Shown here: one piece after another, positions 1 through 8,700 of the stretch
Layout: the number at the start of each line of letters is the position of its first letter
How positions within the stretch are numbered: position 1 is the stretch's first letter
Source of the DNA: an uncultured Bdellovibrionales bacterium
GTDB lineage: Bacteria > Bdellovibrionota > Bdellovibrionia > Bdellovibrionales > SG-bin7
Assembly (NCBI GenBank): GCA_964415155.1
Contig: CAYPZY010000001.1
Location: 1 to 44,140 of the forward strand
DNA length: 44,140 nucleotides
Direction: 5' to 3'
Translations under genes and position numbers: made by a program
Notes under the pieces: model-generated
What the model saw: only the letters and a program-made list of their open reading frames with translations
Database searches by the model: none
Told to the model about the DNA's origin: nothing

Positions 1-55
1 TTTAAAGGACACCCAAAATATAAAACAAGAATTGGAAGCTTCAAGAGAAGCTTTA
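1..55. repeat. Terminal direct repeat identical to 44086-44140 (circular-assembly overlap)
   Basis: 55/55 bases are identical at the two contig ends. The ORF starting at 44006 continues in frame into base 56. Confidence 0.95.
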
Positions 56-406
56 AAAGTGTTACAAACACGCCACACAAATCTTGAGCAAGAACACTCA
101 AAAATAAAAGCTGAATTAGCACGCTATCAAAATTTGGACAAATACTTATCTGAGCGCGAAGCGGATTTAATAAAAAAAGAAACAAACGCTGAAGTGATAA
201 AATTAAACATTCAACTCGCCTCTCAAAAGCAAGTCACTGACACAATATTTTCTCTTGTCGAAAAAGTATTTAAGAATCCAACCTATGTGAAGCATGGACT
301 TGGTCAAGTCCCGTGCACTGATACTTTTACAGATTCCAATGGACGCCAAAGCTCATACATAAACCAAAAATCTGTGGATCTTAGAACGACTGAAACAATC
401 GAGTAA
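2..406 (+). CDS. 3' portion of junction-spanning coiled-coil hypothetical protein (true start ATG 44006; about 161 aa after collapsing the duplicated 55 bp)
   Basis: The frame is open from base 2. Its translation LKDTQNIKQELEASREAL equals the end of the 44006 ORF, so the TTG at 32 in the ORF track is internal. The sequence is charged and heptad-like. Confidence 0.6.
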   Translation, partial: LKDTQNIKQELEASREALKVLQTRHTNLEQEHSKIKAELARYQNLDKYLSEREADLIKKETNAEVIKLNIQLASQKQVTDTIFSLVEKVFKNPTYVKHGLGQVPCTDTFTDSNGRQSSYINQKSVDLRTTETIE

Positions 407-408
407 TT

Positions 409-651
409 ATGAATCAAAGTACCAGTGGGAAAATTCTAGACGACCTTGGAGACATCACTATTTTTGTGAAGTCTGAAGGTCCCTTCGGGACCAAACTCAC
501 GCGATGGATTAAAGTTTATGAAAGGAACCTTGGCGCAAATAAATTACTTGTGGAGACCTTGCATGGCCCTCAATGGGTGGACTGGGATTTTATTCGGTTC
601 AATGATTACCTGTCTAAAGTTGAACTTGTAACTACAAAGAGGGGAGAATGA
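409..651 (+). CDS. hypothetical protein (80 aa)
   Basis: ATG lies 3 nt after the upstream stop. The gene is tightly packed in the plus-strand operon. No motif recognised. Confidence 0.55.
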   Translation: MNQSTSGKILDDLGDITIFVKSEGPFGTKLTRWIKVYERNLGANKLLVETLHGPQWVDWDFIRFNDYLSKVELVTTKRGE

Positions 652-1019
652 AATTCTTTAAAAGAATAAATGAAGGTGAAGTGATTCCGAAATATTACGG
701 CGTGTGCTGGTATGATGTAAATCGCTACGCTGCAATATGTGCTCCGATTGGATTGAATGTAATTATAGGATTTGCACGGAAGATTTATTTTAGAATTATA
801 ATTTGTATTCAACCCGATATTTATCAAAGGCTTTTATTAAAAAAAATTATTTTTGACAGACAATTGCAAGATGAAATTATTGACCTCTGCACAGAGTCAT
901 TAAACAAAGCTTTGGATTTAAAAGATTTGGCTTTAAAGGAATCGATAAAGTTATTCTTTGAAAATTTGAAAGCTGAACGTAAAACCTATGACGATGAGTG
1001 TAAGAAAAATCATTTATGA
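648..1019 (+). CDS. hypothetical protein (123 aa), hydrophobic centre plus C-terminal helical region
   Basis: ATGA stop/start overlap with an upstream GGGGAGA SD-like site. Hydrophobic stretch AAICAPIGLNVIIGF. Confidence 0.55.
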   Translation: MKFFKRINEGEVIPKYYGVCWYDVNRYAAICAPIGLNVIIGFARKIYFRIIICIQPDIYQRLLLKKIIFDRQLQDEIIDLCTESLNKALDLKDLALKESIKLFFENLKAERKTYDDECKKNHL

Positions 1020-1279
1020 TTACCCCGTGCCCTACTTGTAAAAATGATCTCGAAGTTCATACCTGCGTTTCGGATGCTTCGGACACGGCAGCGGTTCCGG
1101 GGGATCTTACGGTTTGTATTTATTGCGGTGCTTTTTTAATGTTTGATGAGGATTTATACCTTGAGCTCTGTGAAGATCCTTCAAAGATTGAAGGAGTTAC
1201 GGAAGACCTTATAAAATTTATTTGGAAAGTAAAAGCTTCTGTAGTTCGAAGGATACAATTGGAGGTTGACGATGGATGA
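1016..1279 (+). CDS. small zinc-ribbon protein (CPTC ... CIYC)
   Basis: ATGA overlap with the upstream gene. Two CxxC pairs (CPTCKN, CIYCGA). Confidence 0.55.
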   Translation: MITPCPTCKNDLEVHTCVSDASDTAAVPGDLTVCIYCGAFLMFDEDLYLELCEDPSKIEGVTEDLIKFIWKVKASVVRRIQLEVDDG

Positions 1280-1529
1280 GATTGCCCACCAAAGAGCCAT
1301 TAAAAAACAAGACTGCCGAGAATGGACTCCGCTTGATGCGTTAGAACATTTAGTGAAAGAGATTAAGGCAGGCACCGTTACCCCCTGTGAATTAAGCGTT
1401 CATTGGTTTGAAGATCAAAAAAACGGTAGCAGAAAACATGGTTATCAATGCGCTGGAGTTACATACAGTTCTCATATTGCGTTGCTGAACGTAGCTTTGA
1501 AATGCGTTTTAGAAGATTGGATGGAATAA
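1272..1529 (+). CDS. hypothetical protein (85 aa from ATG 1272)
   Basis: GGAGG at 1261-1265 lies 6 nt before ATG 1272. The TTG at 1266 in the ORF track is less likely to be the start. Confidence 0.55.
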   Translation: MDEIAHQRAIKKQDCREWTPLDALEHLVKEIKAGTVTPCELSVHWFEDQKNGSRKHGYQCAGVTYSSHIALLNVALKCVLEDWME

Positions 1530-1925
1530 ATGAGCCGAATAATTAAATTTAGAATTTGGAAGGGTGATTATTTTGAATTAATTGGATTTACAAACAATGA
1601 TCCATGCAAATTTCACCTTGATAATCCAAACATTAATCCGAGTTGTATAAATCAATTTACAGGCTTTACCGACCGTGAAAATAAAGAAATTTATGAAGGA
1701 GATATTCTTGAATTAGACAAGGAGACTCGAAAATGTTTTGGAGTGCCTGAATTTGAAGGGAAAGATATTGTTCAATTTGGGTTAGTGGGGTTTGAAAGAG
1801 GGTGTTGGATGATTGGGAGATCAGTGGAAGACCCCACGCACTTAAACACTTACCTTTGGGTTTTACATGACTATGCCAAAGCGGTCGGTAATATTTATGA
1901 GAATGCAGAGCTTTTGAAAATATGA
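1530..1925 (+). CDS. YopX-family protein
   Basis: N-terminal KFRIW and the central QFTGFTDRENKEIYEGDIL motif are typical of YopX domains. ATG directly follows the upstream TAA. Confidence 0.7.
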   Translation: MSRIIKFRIWKGDYFELIGFTNNDPCKFHLDNPNINPSCINQFTGFTDRENKEIYEGDILELDKETRKCFGVPEFEGKDIVQFGLVGFERGCWMIGRSVEDPTHLNTYLWVLHDYAKAVGNIYENAELLKI

Positions 1926-2152
1926 AAACAGGTAAGAGTCGAAAATTAAAGAGGAACGCTTCCAAGTGGCGCTATTTATTTACAGTTAAAGCTTTTCGCG
2001 ATGCGTTTTGCGGAATTATTTTTAGCCAAAAAAAATGTAAATTAAGAAAGACGAGAAGGTACAAGGGAAGCGAGGAATGGGCGGTGCTCAAGCGGAATGT
2101 TAACTCCTTAGAGCCTCGGATATTATACCAGAAAATGAACCCATACCCTTAA
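1922..2152 (+). CDS. very basic hypothetical protein (76 aa), uncertain
   Basis: ATGA coupling to the yopX stop. It is the only long ORF in this interval, but its composition is extremely basic and low-complexity. Confidence 0.35.
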   Translation: MKTGKSRKLKRNASKWRYLFTVKAFRDAFCGIIFSQKKCKLRKTRRYKGSEEWAVLKRNVNSLEPRILYQKMNPYP

Positions 2153-2235
2153 GGGTTTAAAGAATAAGGTAGAATAAATCTACGCCCACTTGAAAGTATA
2201 ATGGCCACATCGATTTTAAAATCTTCAGACGAAGA

Positions 2236-2346
2236 ATGAGAATATTATTTTTGATAATTTTATTATTAACAAGTTCATGCACTGTCACGCTAAAAAAATG
2301 TAATGAGGTGAAATCGGATACTAAAATTTGTCTAAAAGATAAATAG
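2236..2346 (+). CDS. candidate mini-lipoprotein (36 aa), below ORF-track cutoff
   Basis: Hand translation: MRILFLIILLLTSSCTVTLKKCNEVKSDTKICLKDK. It has a signal-peptide-like h-region ending in a Cys. The SD is weak. Confidence 0.3.
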   Translation: MRILFLIILLLTSSCTVTLKKCNEVKSDTKICLKDK

Positions 2347-2366
2347 GCTCAAACAAAGAATGAAAA

Positions 2367-2564
2367 ATGTGTGAACTTACAGAGCATGATTTTGAAAATC
2401 CTATTCGCAAAGGAAGAGCTTCTTGGTTTTGCTCAAAGTGCGGAGAAGATATTAGTTTAATGATTCTGTTATTAGAAGAAGCAAAAATGGAAGAACTGGA
2501 TTTAGACGAAGAGCGAGTGCCGGAATGCTGGCCAAGTGGGTTTGGTTTTGAGCAGAAAAATTGA
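2367..2564 (+). CDS. small Cys-containing protein (65 aa)
   Basis: ORF with a CSKCGEDI zinc-knuckle-like motif and an acidic C-terminus. Confidence 0.5.
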   Translation: MCELTEHDFENPIRKGRASWFCSKCGEDISLMILLLEEAKMEELDLDEERVPECWPSGFGFEQKN

Positions 2565-2582
2565 AATCTTAGGAGAGAAGGA

Positions 2583-2765
2583 ATGAATCATTGTCCTAAA
2601 TGTGGATGCCCAAGAATTACAGGGCCACGTTACCATAAGGATGTGTATGGTCATGAGTCATTAACTTACACTTGTAATCAATGTGGATATTCTGAATCAA
2701 CTGTTACTCTAGACTCCGAAAAAGCTAATGAGATTTTTAAGAAAAAATTACTAAAAACAAAATGA
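2583..2765 (+). CDS. small zinc-ribbon protein (CPKCGC ... CNQCG)
   Basis: AGGAGA SD upstream. Two CxxC pairs about 30 aa apart. Confidence 0.6.
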   Translation: MNHCPKCGCPRITGPRYHKDVYGHESLTYTCNQCGYSESTVTLDSEKANEIFKKKLLKTK

Positions 2766-3001
2766 CCTGTATTTATTATAATGTTTATCACCCCGATCAC
2801 GTGGACGCGTACGGACGAGTTTCATTACGAAGGCCAGTGGCTCAGGAAGTTTGTTCGCAGGACATCCCATATCCACCACCGGAAACTATTTGTGGGGTCA
2901 GGGAGGAGATTAGGAGCTACTACGTAGACCTTGGGAGAATGTTGGGAATGGTGGTTTGTGGAAGATCGAGGATAATTAGTTCTCGTAGCAATAGAAGATA
3001 A
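2762..3001 (+). CDS. hypothetical protein (79 aa)
   Basis: ATGA overlap with the upstream gene. No motif recognised. Confidence 0.45.
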   Translation: MTCIYYNVYHPDHVDAYGRVSLRRPVAQEVCSQDIPYPPPETICGVREEIRSYYVDLGRMLGMVVCGRSRIISSRSNRR

Positions 3002-3043
3002 ATTTAAAATAATTAATTCACTTAAACCAAAAGGAGACTCTCA

Positions 3044-3385
3044 ATGAAGTATTTCTTAATACAACCCATCGTCGAAGAATTCGGAGCTGACGGGAACCCC
3101 ATCCGCCTTGGGTATAAAATGCTCTTCGAAGCTTTGATTACTGCCCAGCACTCTTTAGACACCGAACAATTTTTAATGCTGGTTAGGGTTTGGAATAAAT
3201 TTAAAGATTTAAAAGACAATGATATTTTGGAAGTCGAAGACAATGAGCATGAATTATTAAAGTCAAAATTAAATTCTTATTTGAAAATAATCACTGAGAG
3301 GAACCCCTTACTTATTAAAGTAAAAGTGTTCCAAGACTTCGTAGATGATGTAGCGAATATGAAAAGCAACGGTCTTAATTCTTAA
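3044..3385 (+). CDS. hypothetical protein (113 aa)
   Basis: AAGGAG SD lies 8 nt upstream of the ATG. Confidence 0.6.
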   Translation: MKYFLIQPIVEEFGADGNPIRLGYKMLFEALITAQHSLDTEQFLMLVRVWNKFKDLKDNDILEVEDNEHELLKSKLNSYLKIITERNPLLIKVKVFQDFVDDVANMKSNGLNS

Positions 3386-3394
3386 AGAGGTTGT

Positions 3395-3574
3395 ATGATT
3401 GAGCCGAACATTCAAGACATGATTAGTGACTGTTTTGACTATCTCGATGATGACTACTTCAGCGGGTGGAAAAAAGATTTTATTGAAAGTATTGAGAATC
3501 AATACACCCGGCGAGGCAGCATTACCGATAAGCAGGAATTAATACTTGAAAGAATCTGGAAGAAAATATCTTAA
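3395..3574 (+). CDS. hypothetical protein (59 aa), below ORF-track cutoff
   Basis: Hand translation: MIEPNIQDMISDCFDYLDDDYFSGWKKDFIESIENQYTRRGSITDKQELILERIWKKIS. It exactly fills the gap between flanking genes. Confidence 0.5.
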   Translation: MIEPNIQDMISDCFDYLDDDYFSGWKKDFIESIENQYTRRGSITDKQELILERIWKKIS

Positions 3575-3585
3575 AAGGAGATAAA

Positions 3586-3813
3586 ATGGCTAGAACGATA
3601 GGTGCTAAAAATAAGAAGAAAAAATTACCATATGGTAATTCAGTGAGCCTGAAGATTGAGGAAATTAATAAAGAGGACGTTCCACAAAAACCAATAAAAC
3701 AAAAAACAAAAGAAGAAAACTCGCTCGGTATAATTAAATTAGTTCTTTCAAACGAAGACCTCAGTGATTTTGAAAAAATATGTTCAATAAGGTTTATCAC
3801 TCAATTATACTAA
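3586..3813 (+). CDS. basic hypothetical protein (75 aa)
   Basis: AAGGAG SD at 3576-3581. Lys-rich N-terminus. Confidence 0.55.
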   Translation: MARTIGAKNKKKKLPYGNSVSLKIEEINKEDVPQKPIKQKTKEENSLGIIKLVLSNEDLSDFEKICSIRFITQLY

Positions 3814-3817
3814 GGGT

Positions 3818-4096
3818 ATGCTTGAACTTATAAAAAAAGTATTCGACATAGCCCAAGTGATAATTGGTTATTATTTTGGAAAGAAAATCGGAGAGCAAGA
3901 GAATGAGTGGTTAAAACTTCAATCGGACATTAATCAAAAGGGGAAAGACATACTTTCAAAAGAATTAGAGCGCCGAGAAAGAATAAGAAAACAATATGAA
4001 ACTGATCCTGTTACTGATCCTTGGAAGTCTCCTTCTAGGGTGCCATCCAAAAATAGTTCAAACACCAATCGAAATTCCAAAGCCAAAGTGCGCTGA
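3818..4096 (+). CDS. i-spanin (Rz-like) candidate
   Basis: It has a weakly hydrophobic N-terminus (VFDIAQVIIGYYFG) followed by a charged coiled-coil-like region. Its 3' end is overlapped in the +1 frame by a lipoprotein ORF, the classic Rz/Rz1 arrangement. Confidence 0.35.
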   Translation: MLELIKKVFDIAQVIIGYYFGKKIGEQENEWLKLQSDINQKGKDILSKELERRERIRKQYETDPVTDPWKSPSRVPSKNSSNTNRNSKAKVR

Positions 4097-4223
4097 ACTG
4101 GTCGCTGAATTTTATAAAGACTTTGACGACATCGGTTATTTTCCACAACCCAATTACCGGGAATTTAAATCTATCATGACCTGCCTCAGACTGTACGGTT
4201 ATGAATATCAGGAGGAAAAATGA
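3996..4223 (+). CDS. o-spanin (Rz1-like) outer-membrane lipoprotein candidate
   Basis: The signal MKLILLLILGSLLLGC has an LLGC lipobox. The mature N-terminus is Pro-rich (HPKIVQTPIEIPKPKC) and carries an extra Cys. The ORF overlaps the 3818 ORF in the +1 frame. Confidence 0.5.
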   Translation: MKLILLLILGSLLLGCHPKIVQTPIEIPKPKCAELVAEFYKDFDDIGYFPQPNYREFKSIMTCLRLYGYEYQEEK

Positions 4224-4765
4224 TTATCCACGACGAAGAAGCGTTAGAAAGAATGCAAGCTAGATCCAAGGCAATTGACGACCGAGTTGCCCTCTTGGAT
4301 ATTATTCACGAGCAGGTGATTATTTTCGAACGGGTAGACACCGTGACCGCCAGCACTTTCCTCCATACTGACCCTCGGTCGGCAAGGGATCGGCTACGCA
4401 TGTCGTGGTATGGTCGGGTAGTTAAAGTAACCGACGTTGAGAGCAATGACATTATCACAGAAGCGAAAAAGAAACTCATCAAAAAAGACGACATCATTTC
4501 CTTTAACCCAGAGACCGGATACAGCCTAAACGTCGCAGGGTTCGACGAAATATGGATCGTGGGCACTGAAAACGTTCTGGTGGTGGACCGTGGGTTCAAC
4601 CCTATGAAGGCCAAAGAAGCTGCCATCCTACGCGCGCAAGAAGATGAAATAAAATTCATTCAAGAAAAAGAACAAGAAATAAAACTCAAGAAAGAAATCT
4701 TAGAGCGAAATGGACTTGGGCAGCAAAAAATTATGCAAGGGATGCCCACTCACATTCGGAGATAG
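4220..4765 (+). CDS. GroES/Hsp10-like domain protein with C-terminal coiled coil (tentative)
   Basis: Strong AGGAGG SD. The central region GRVVKVTDV ... KKDDIISFNPETGYSLNVAG ... IWIVGTENVLVV resembles the co-chaperonin beta-barrel pattern. The tail is Lys/Glu-rich. Confidence 0.4.
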   Translation: MIIHDEEALERMQARSKAIDDRVALLDIIHEQVIIFERVDTVTASTFLHTDPRSARDRLRMSWYGRVVKVTDVESNDIITEAKKKLIKKDDIISFNPETGYSLNVAGFDEIWIVGTENVLVVDRGFNPMKAKEAAILRAQEDEIKFIQEKEQEIKLKKEILERNGLGQQKIMQGMPTHIRR

Positions 4766-4767
4766 TC

Positions 4768-5196
4768 ATGACTGAAGAACAATTTAAAAGCCTAATAAAC
4801 GCCCAAACTAAAAAAGAATTTGATGTCCTTTTCAAAAAGGGAGTCGAATACACTCAAGCCTCCAAAGATAAGTTGATTAATTTTAAAGAGACGGCGGCTT
4901 ATATTCAAATCACCACTCTTCAGGCATGGGCAGTTCATTTCTACAAACATATCACAGCTATCTTCAGTTACATCAAAAGAGAGAAAACTCTCTCGGAGTC
5001 CATTCAAGATCGAATCCTAGATGCCCGCAACTATCTCCTCTTACTGCTCGCCATTATTCAAGAAAAAGAAAAAACTCCGAAAGATGCACGACAATTAAGT
5101 TTAAATTTCCGAAAAAGGAAAGCCGCTTCTAGGAGGAAGAAGCGGCTTATCGATGAGCCGAAGGGCGGGAAGGTCCCTTCTACGAAGGAGAATTAA
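4768..5196 (+). CDS. all-alpha DUF1599/MazG-like protein (tentative) with basic tail
   Basis: The pattern NF...QAWAVHFYKHI...ESIQDRILDARNYLLLLLAII resembles DUF1599 / NTP-pyrophosphohydrolase-like helices. Its stop overlaps the stop of the convergent holin gene. Confidence 0.35.
   Translation: MTEEQFKSLINAQTKKEFDVLFKKGVEYTQASKDKLINFKETAAYIQITTLQAWAVHFYKHITAIFSYIKREKTLSESIQDRILDARNYLLLLLAIIQEKEKTPKDARQLSLNFRKRKAASRRKKRLIDEPKGGKVPSTKEN
5110..5148 (-). terminator. Rho-independent terminator candidate for the minus-strand late operon
   Basis: A perfect 11-bp stem (5120-5130 / 5138-5148) encloses a 7-nt loop. On the minus strand it is followed by UCCUUUUUC. It lies 45-80 nt past the holin stop, inside the 3' end of the convergent gene. 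Confidence 0.5.
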
Positions 5197-5387
5197 TCTT
5201 TAACAACAGTCAGCGCTGGTTCATTCTTTTTACTCAATCCCCTAGAAATCGCATAAGCTAAAGACGAAATCGAACTTGCGATTACCGCGTACTTTGGATC
5301 TAAATGATCCATCAAAACCGCCGCCGTTGATCCGATAATTACAAAAAAACTTACCCAAAACTCACTTGTTTTCCATCCTGACTTCAT
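5193..5387 (-). CDS. holin candidate (64 aa, two hydrophobic segments, charged C-terminus)
   Basis: Two TM-like stretches (FWVSFFVIIGSTAAVLM and YAVIASSISSLAYAI). GGGGGAG SD upstream. It lies immediately downstream of the endolysin gene. Confidence 0.55.
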   Translation of the reverse strand: MKSGWKTSEFWVSFFVIIGSTAAVLMDHLDPKYAVIASSISSLAYAISRGLSKKNEPALTVVKD

Positions 5388-5399
5388 ACTCGCTCCCCC

Positions 5400-5783
5400 T
5401 TATTTTAAAATCGGAACCTGAAGATGAAGATGAAAATTACCACCCTCCCCATGCGCCAAAGCCGTGGGTCTTCCATCCGTCCTCGGATACCGACGATTAA
5501 TAGTCTCAACCATTTCTTTAATTTTACTTTTATCAGGGAAATCATTCAAGCGAATATCCACAGCGCGACCGTCTTCGTGAGGGGAGACAGTGGCGGTTGT
5601 CTTGCCTTCGGCCTTGAGACTTGCCTGCTGAGCCGCTGTCCTGCGCACGCAAGTGACAACCATTGGGTGCTTATGCTCCGCGAACAAAGTAGCTACGAAG
5701 CAAGTAATTGTTTGGATGCGAGTATTGGCGTGTAAGAATTCTTCTAAGAGAGGGTCTAACTTAAAATTTATTTCAATTTTCAT
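5400..5783 (-). CDS. endolysin, peptidase M15 (VanY / LAS-type zinc peptidase)
   Basis: SPHEDGRAVD matches the SxHxxGxAxD signature, and the C-terminal HLH supplies the HxH zinc ligand. ATGA coupling to the upstream gene. Confidence 0.7.
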   Translation of the reverse strand: MKIEINFKLDPLLEEFLHANTRIQTITCFVATLFAEHKHPMVVTCVRRTAAQQASLKAEGKTTATVSPHEDGRAVDIRLNDFPDKSKIKEMVETINRRYPRTDGRPTALAHGEGGNFHLHLQVPILK

Positions 5784-8700
5784 GGGAGGTTTTCCCTGAT
5801 AGAATCAGTTAAGTCTCTTCGAGCGCGATCAAAGGCCGAACGCTTTTTAACCCTCGCACGCGCCGCAGCCTTCTTCCCCCAAATTACATCTTTAGCCAAA
5901 GCTCCAGGACGGTCTTCGTATACGTCCGTGGTAGCGGCTTTGAATGCGGGGCCAACGCTTTTATTTAATTGGAGGCCGCCGGGGACCGAAAGCATGAGGC
6001 CGGTCTTTGCGAGATTCTCTTTCGAGAAGGCTTTCTTCCTCGACTTCTCGTCCGCCATCGAAACGTATAAATCTTGCATGAGTCCATAATATCCGGGGAT
6101 GCCATACTTAAAAGTGTTCATGAATGGCACGAAGTTAGTCACATCATAAAACTTAGGGATTCCTGTTTCTTCCGAAATTGTATTTGCAATCTCAATCCCA
6201 GCCACCGCTTTGAGCATCGAAGCAATCCCGTTAGCGGCGCCCTCTGTTCGAATGATATGAGGGATGTCCGTGGAGATTGTGGAGGCTAGGTTTAGGGTGA
6301 AGGTCTGAAATTGGGAGAAGGCCTTCCCCACGCTCGACTGAAGAAAACTCGAATCGGATCTTCCAAGTTTGGAAATGTCCGCATGGATTTTATCCACCCA
6401 CCCATCCGCAAAATTAATGGCCTGCTCGGTGGAAGCTCCAGAGTTTTTTGCTTTCAAGTAAGCGGTATGGAACGTTATCTTTGCAGCCTGTTTATCGAAC
6501 AGGTTAGTTGCAAAGCGTCCTGTGTTCATTACAAAATCTTTTACAGCACCCGCGGCGTTCGCTGCGAATTGCGGAACTGCCTTTTTCAAAACTTGGTTAT
6601 TGAATTCTCGTCCTTCAAATCCTTCCATCTTGCTAATATCTCTCATAGACAAATTTCGTGATAAGGCAGCCACTTCACGCCCCTCTTTCGTAAATTGATA
6701 CGAAAGAGCGTGTACCGCTTCTTTAGCGCCCAAAGAGAAGTTTAAAGGATAAGTAGCGGCTTGCTGGGCCCAGTTATTTAAGTTAAATAAAATCGCCGAC
6801 TCACCTAATTTTTGTTTTACCTTATTGATTACTTTATTTGCGGTACCTGTAATTTGAGTGTCTAAAAATTCAGGCTTGTCCAGTAAATATCGATCTTTAA
6901 AAGTATCTAAAAATGTCCGTAAATTATTCGGTGCAAAGCGCATTGACACATCAATCTCACGCACAAGATCGCTCATGTGAATTCGTTTTAAAGCAGGCTC
7001 AACATATTTTAAGAACGCACCAATGGCATCATCTTTAAACTCACCGCCAGTCCTTTTAAATTCATACTGAAACCGAGTCTTTGCATCTTTTGATTTAAGT
7101 GGAAGTTCAGTACGAATCACGCGTGTGTTAAAGTCTTGCTCTAACTTTGATAGGTCTCCTTTTTTAAGGAGCGTTCCAATCACTTCAGATAAAATATTTT
7201 GAGACTCTTGAAAGTGAGTAATGTAATCTTCACGCTTGGCAACGGTTGGAAAATTTAAAGACTTCATCACCGTATTAATTCTGCCAAAAAGATCGTCATA
7301 CATCCCTCGAAGAATGGGGGCACCCGCTTGAATTTTCTGTTTGGTTTTTTCAGGTAAATTGATCCACTCGTCGCTCGTTTGATTTAAACGTTTTTCAACA
7401 AATCGTTGCATCAAAGCAGACTCTTGCGTGTTCGCTTTGATACCGATGCTCGATAATTGTTTTTCCAACACCTGCCGCTCTTGATCGATTTTCATTTCTC
7501 TGACATGCAAAGAATTTCCAATGGAATCCCAGACCGGATTATTGGGACCAAATTCCTTCGAGAGTTTTCTCCAAACGTTCGCGGTATTTAAAAATGGAAC
7601 CCCAAAAGCCTTATTCACATTGTCTGCAATATCTCTCCCAGACACAAGCATCGCGTCCATTAAATTAGCGAGCCCGGAATCTTTCTTAATAAAATAAGGA
7701 TTGTCATCCCCTCCAAAAATTCTACCCACATCCTTATTTTCCAGAGGAGTAAAGTCACTTGTTTTGCTCGGCACGTAAACAGTGTCCAAAACTGTATCGA
7801 CCCTACTCTTTAACGCCGGGTCCAAAGTTTCATAAGCCGTGGATTCTTTATTCACCGTGCTCTGCAACTGAGACGCCCGCTGAGAATTCTCCGTCATTTG
7901 ATGCTTCAAAGTTGTGAACTGAGATTTTAATTCAGGGTCGGTAGAGAATTTTGGATCAGCCTTCAAAGTTCGCATTTGTTTAGAAATTTCTAAACGTTTT
8001 AAAGCGAGAAAACTTTGCTCTTCAGTTGCGCTCTTTAATTTCAAAGCACCCTGCAAAGAAGGCAATGTATCCGCATCCGCGTAAACAAACATGCCATCTT
8101 CAGCATTTTTATAACTATCCAAAAGTGTTTGGTGTAAATTTTGATTAAACGTAGTGGCTGTTTTGAGCACTTGATTGACATCCGCAAGTTTACTCAGGTC
8201 TTTAAAATCAAGCGTATTGCTCACAGCCTTGAAGCCAGCGCTTAGCAAATCATCGATAATACCATTGGCCTCTTCTTTATTTAGTCGTCGATTTTGGACG
8301 CCTTTAGAGCCAATAGTGCGTAAAATTCCACTGCCACCAGCTTCTTTTAAAGCTTTCAAGGCTTCTGGAGTTTTTGTGGTCAAGTAATCCATCACCAAAC
8401 CCTGATTGAGGTTGGGATATTGTCCTTGCTTACGAGAGACTACTCGCTCAGAGATTAACTTATTCATGGTCTCCGAGGTGGAAACTAGGGGAATTTGCAT
8501 GTAGCTCAAAGCATCTTTGCTGTTTTTGATCTGATTCCTTAATAGATTGCTCGTCGCAGCGTAAGCATCTGTCCACAAACCTGCGTCTACTAACTTTTTA
8601 AGAGCTGGAGTCGCTTCAACTAATTGCCCGATTACTGTGTCTGGATTGTTAAAAATATCTTGGCCGATCTTTCGCAACTCTGCCTCGCCTGTTTGCTTAA

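Noticed and set aside
4926-5132. 68-aa alternative-frame ORF inside 4768-5196
   Set aside because: It is nested in a better ORF with a family-like motif. The translation is Ser/Arg/Pro-rich and has no SD.
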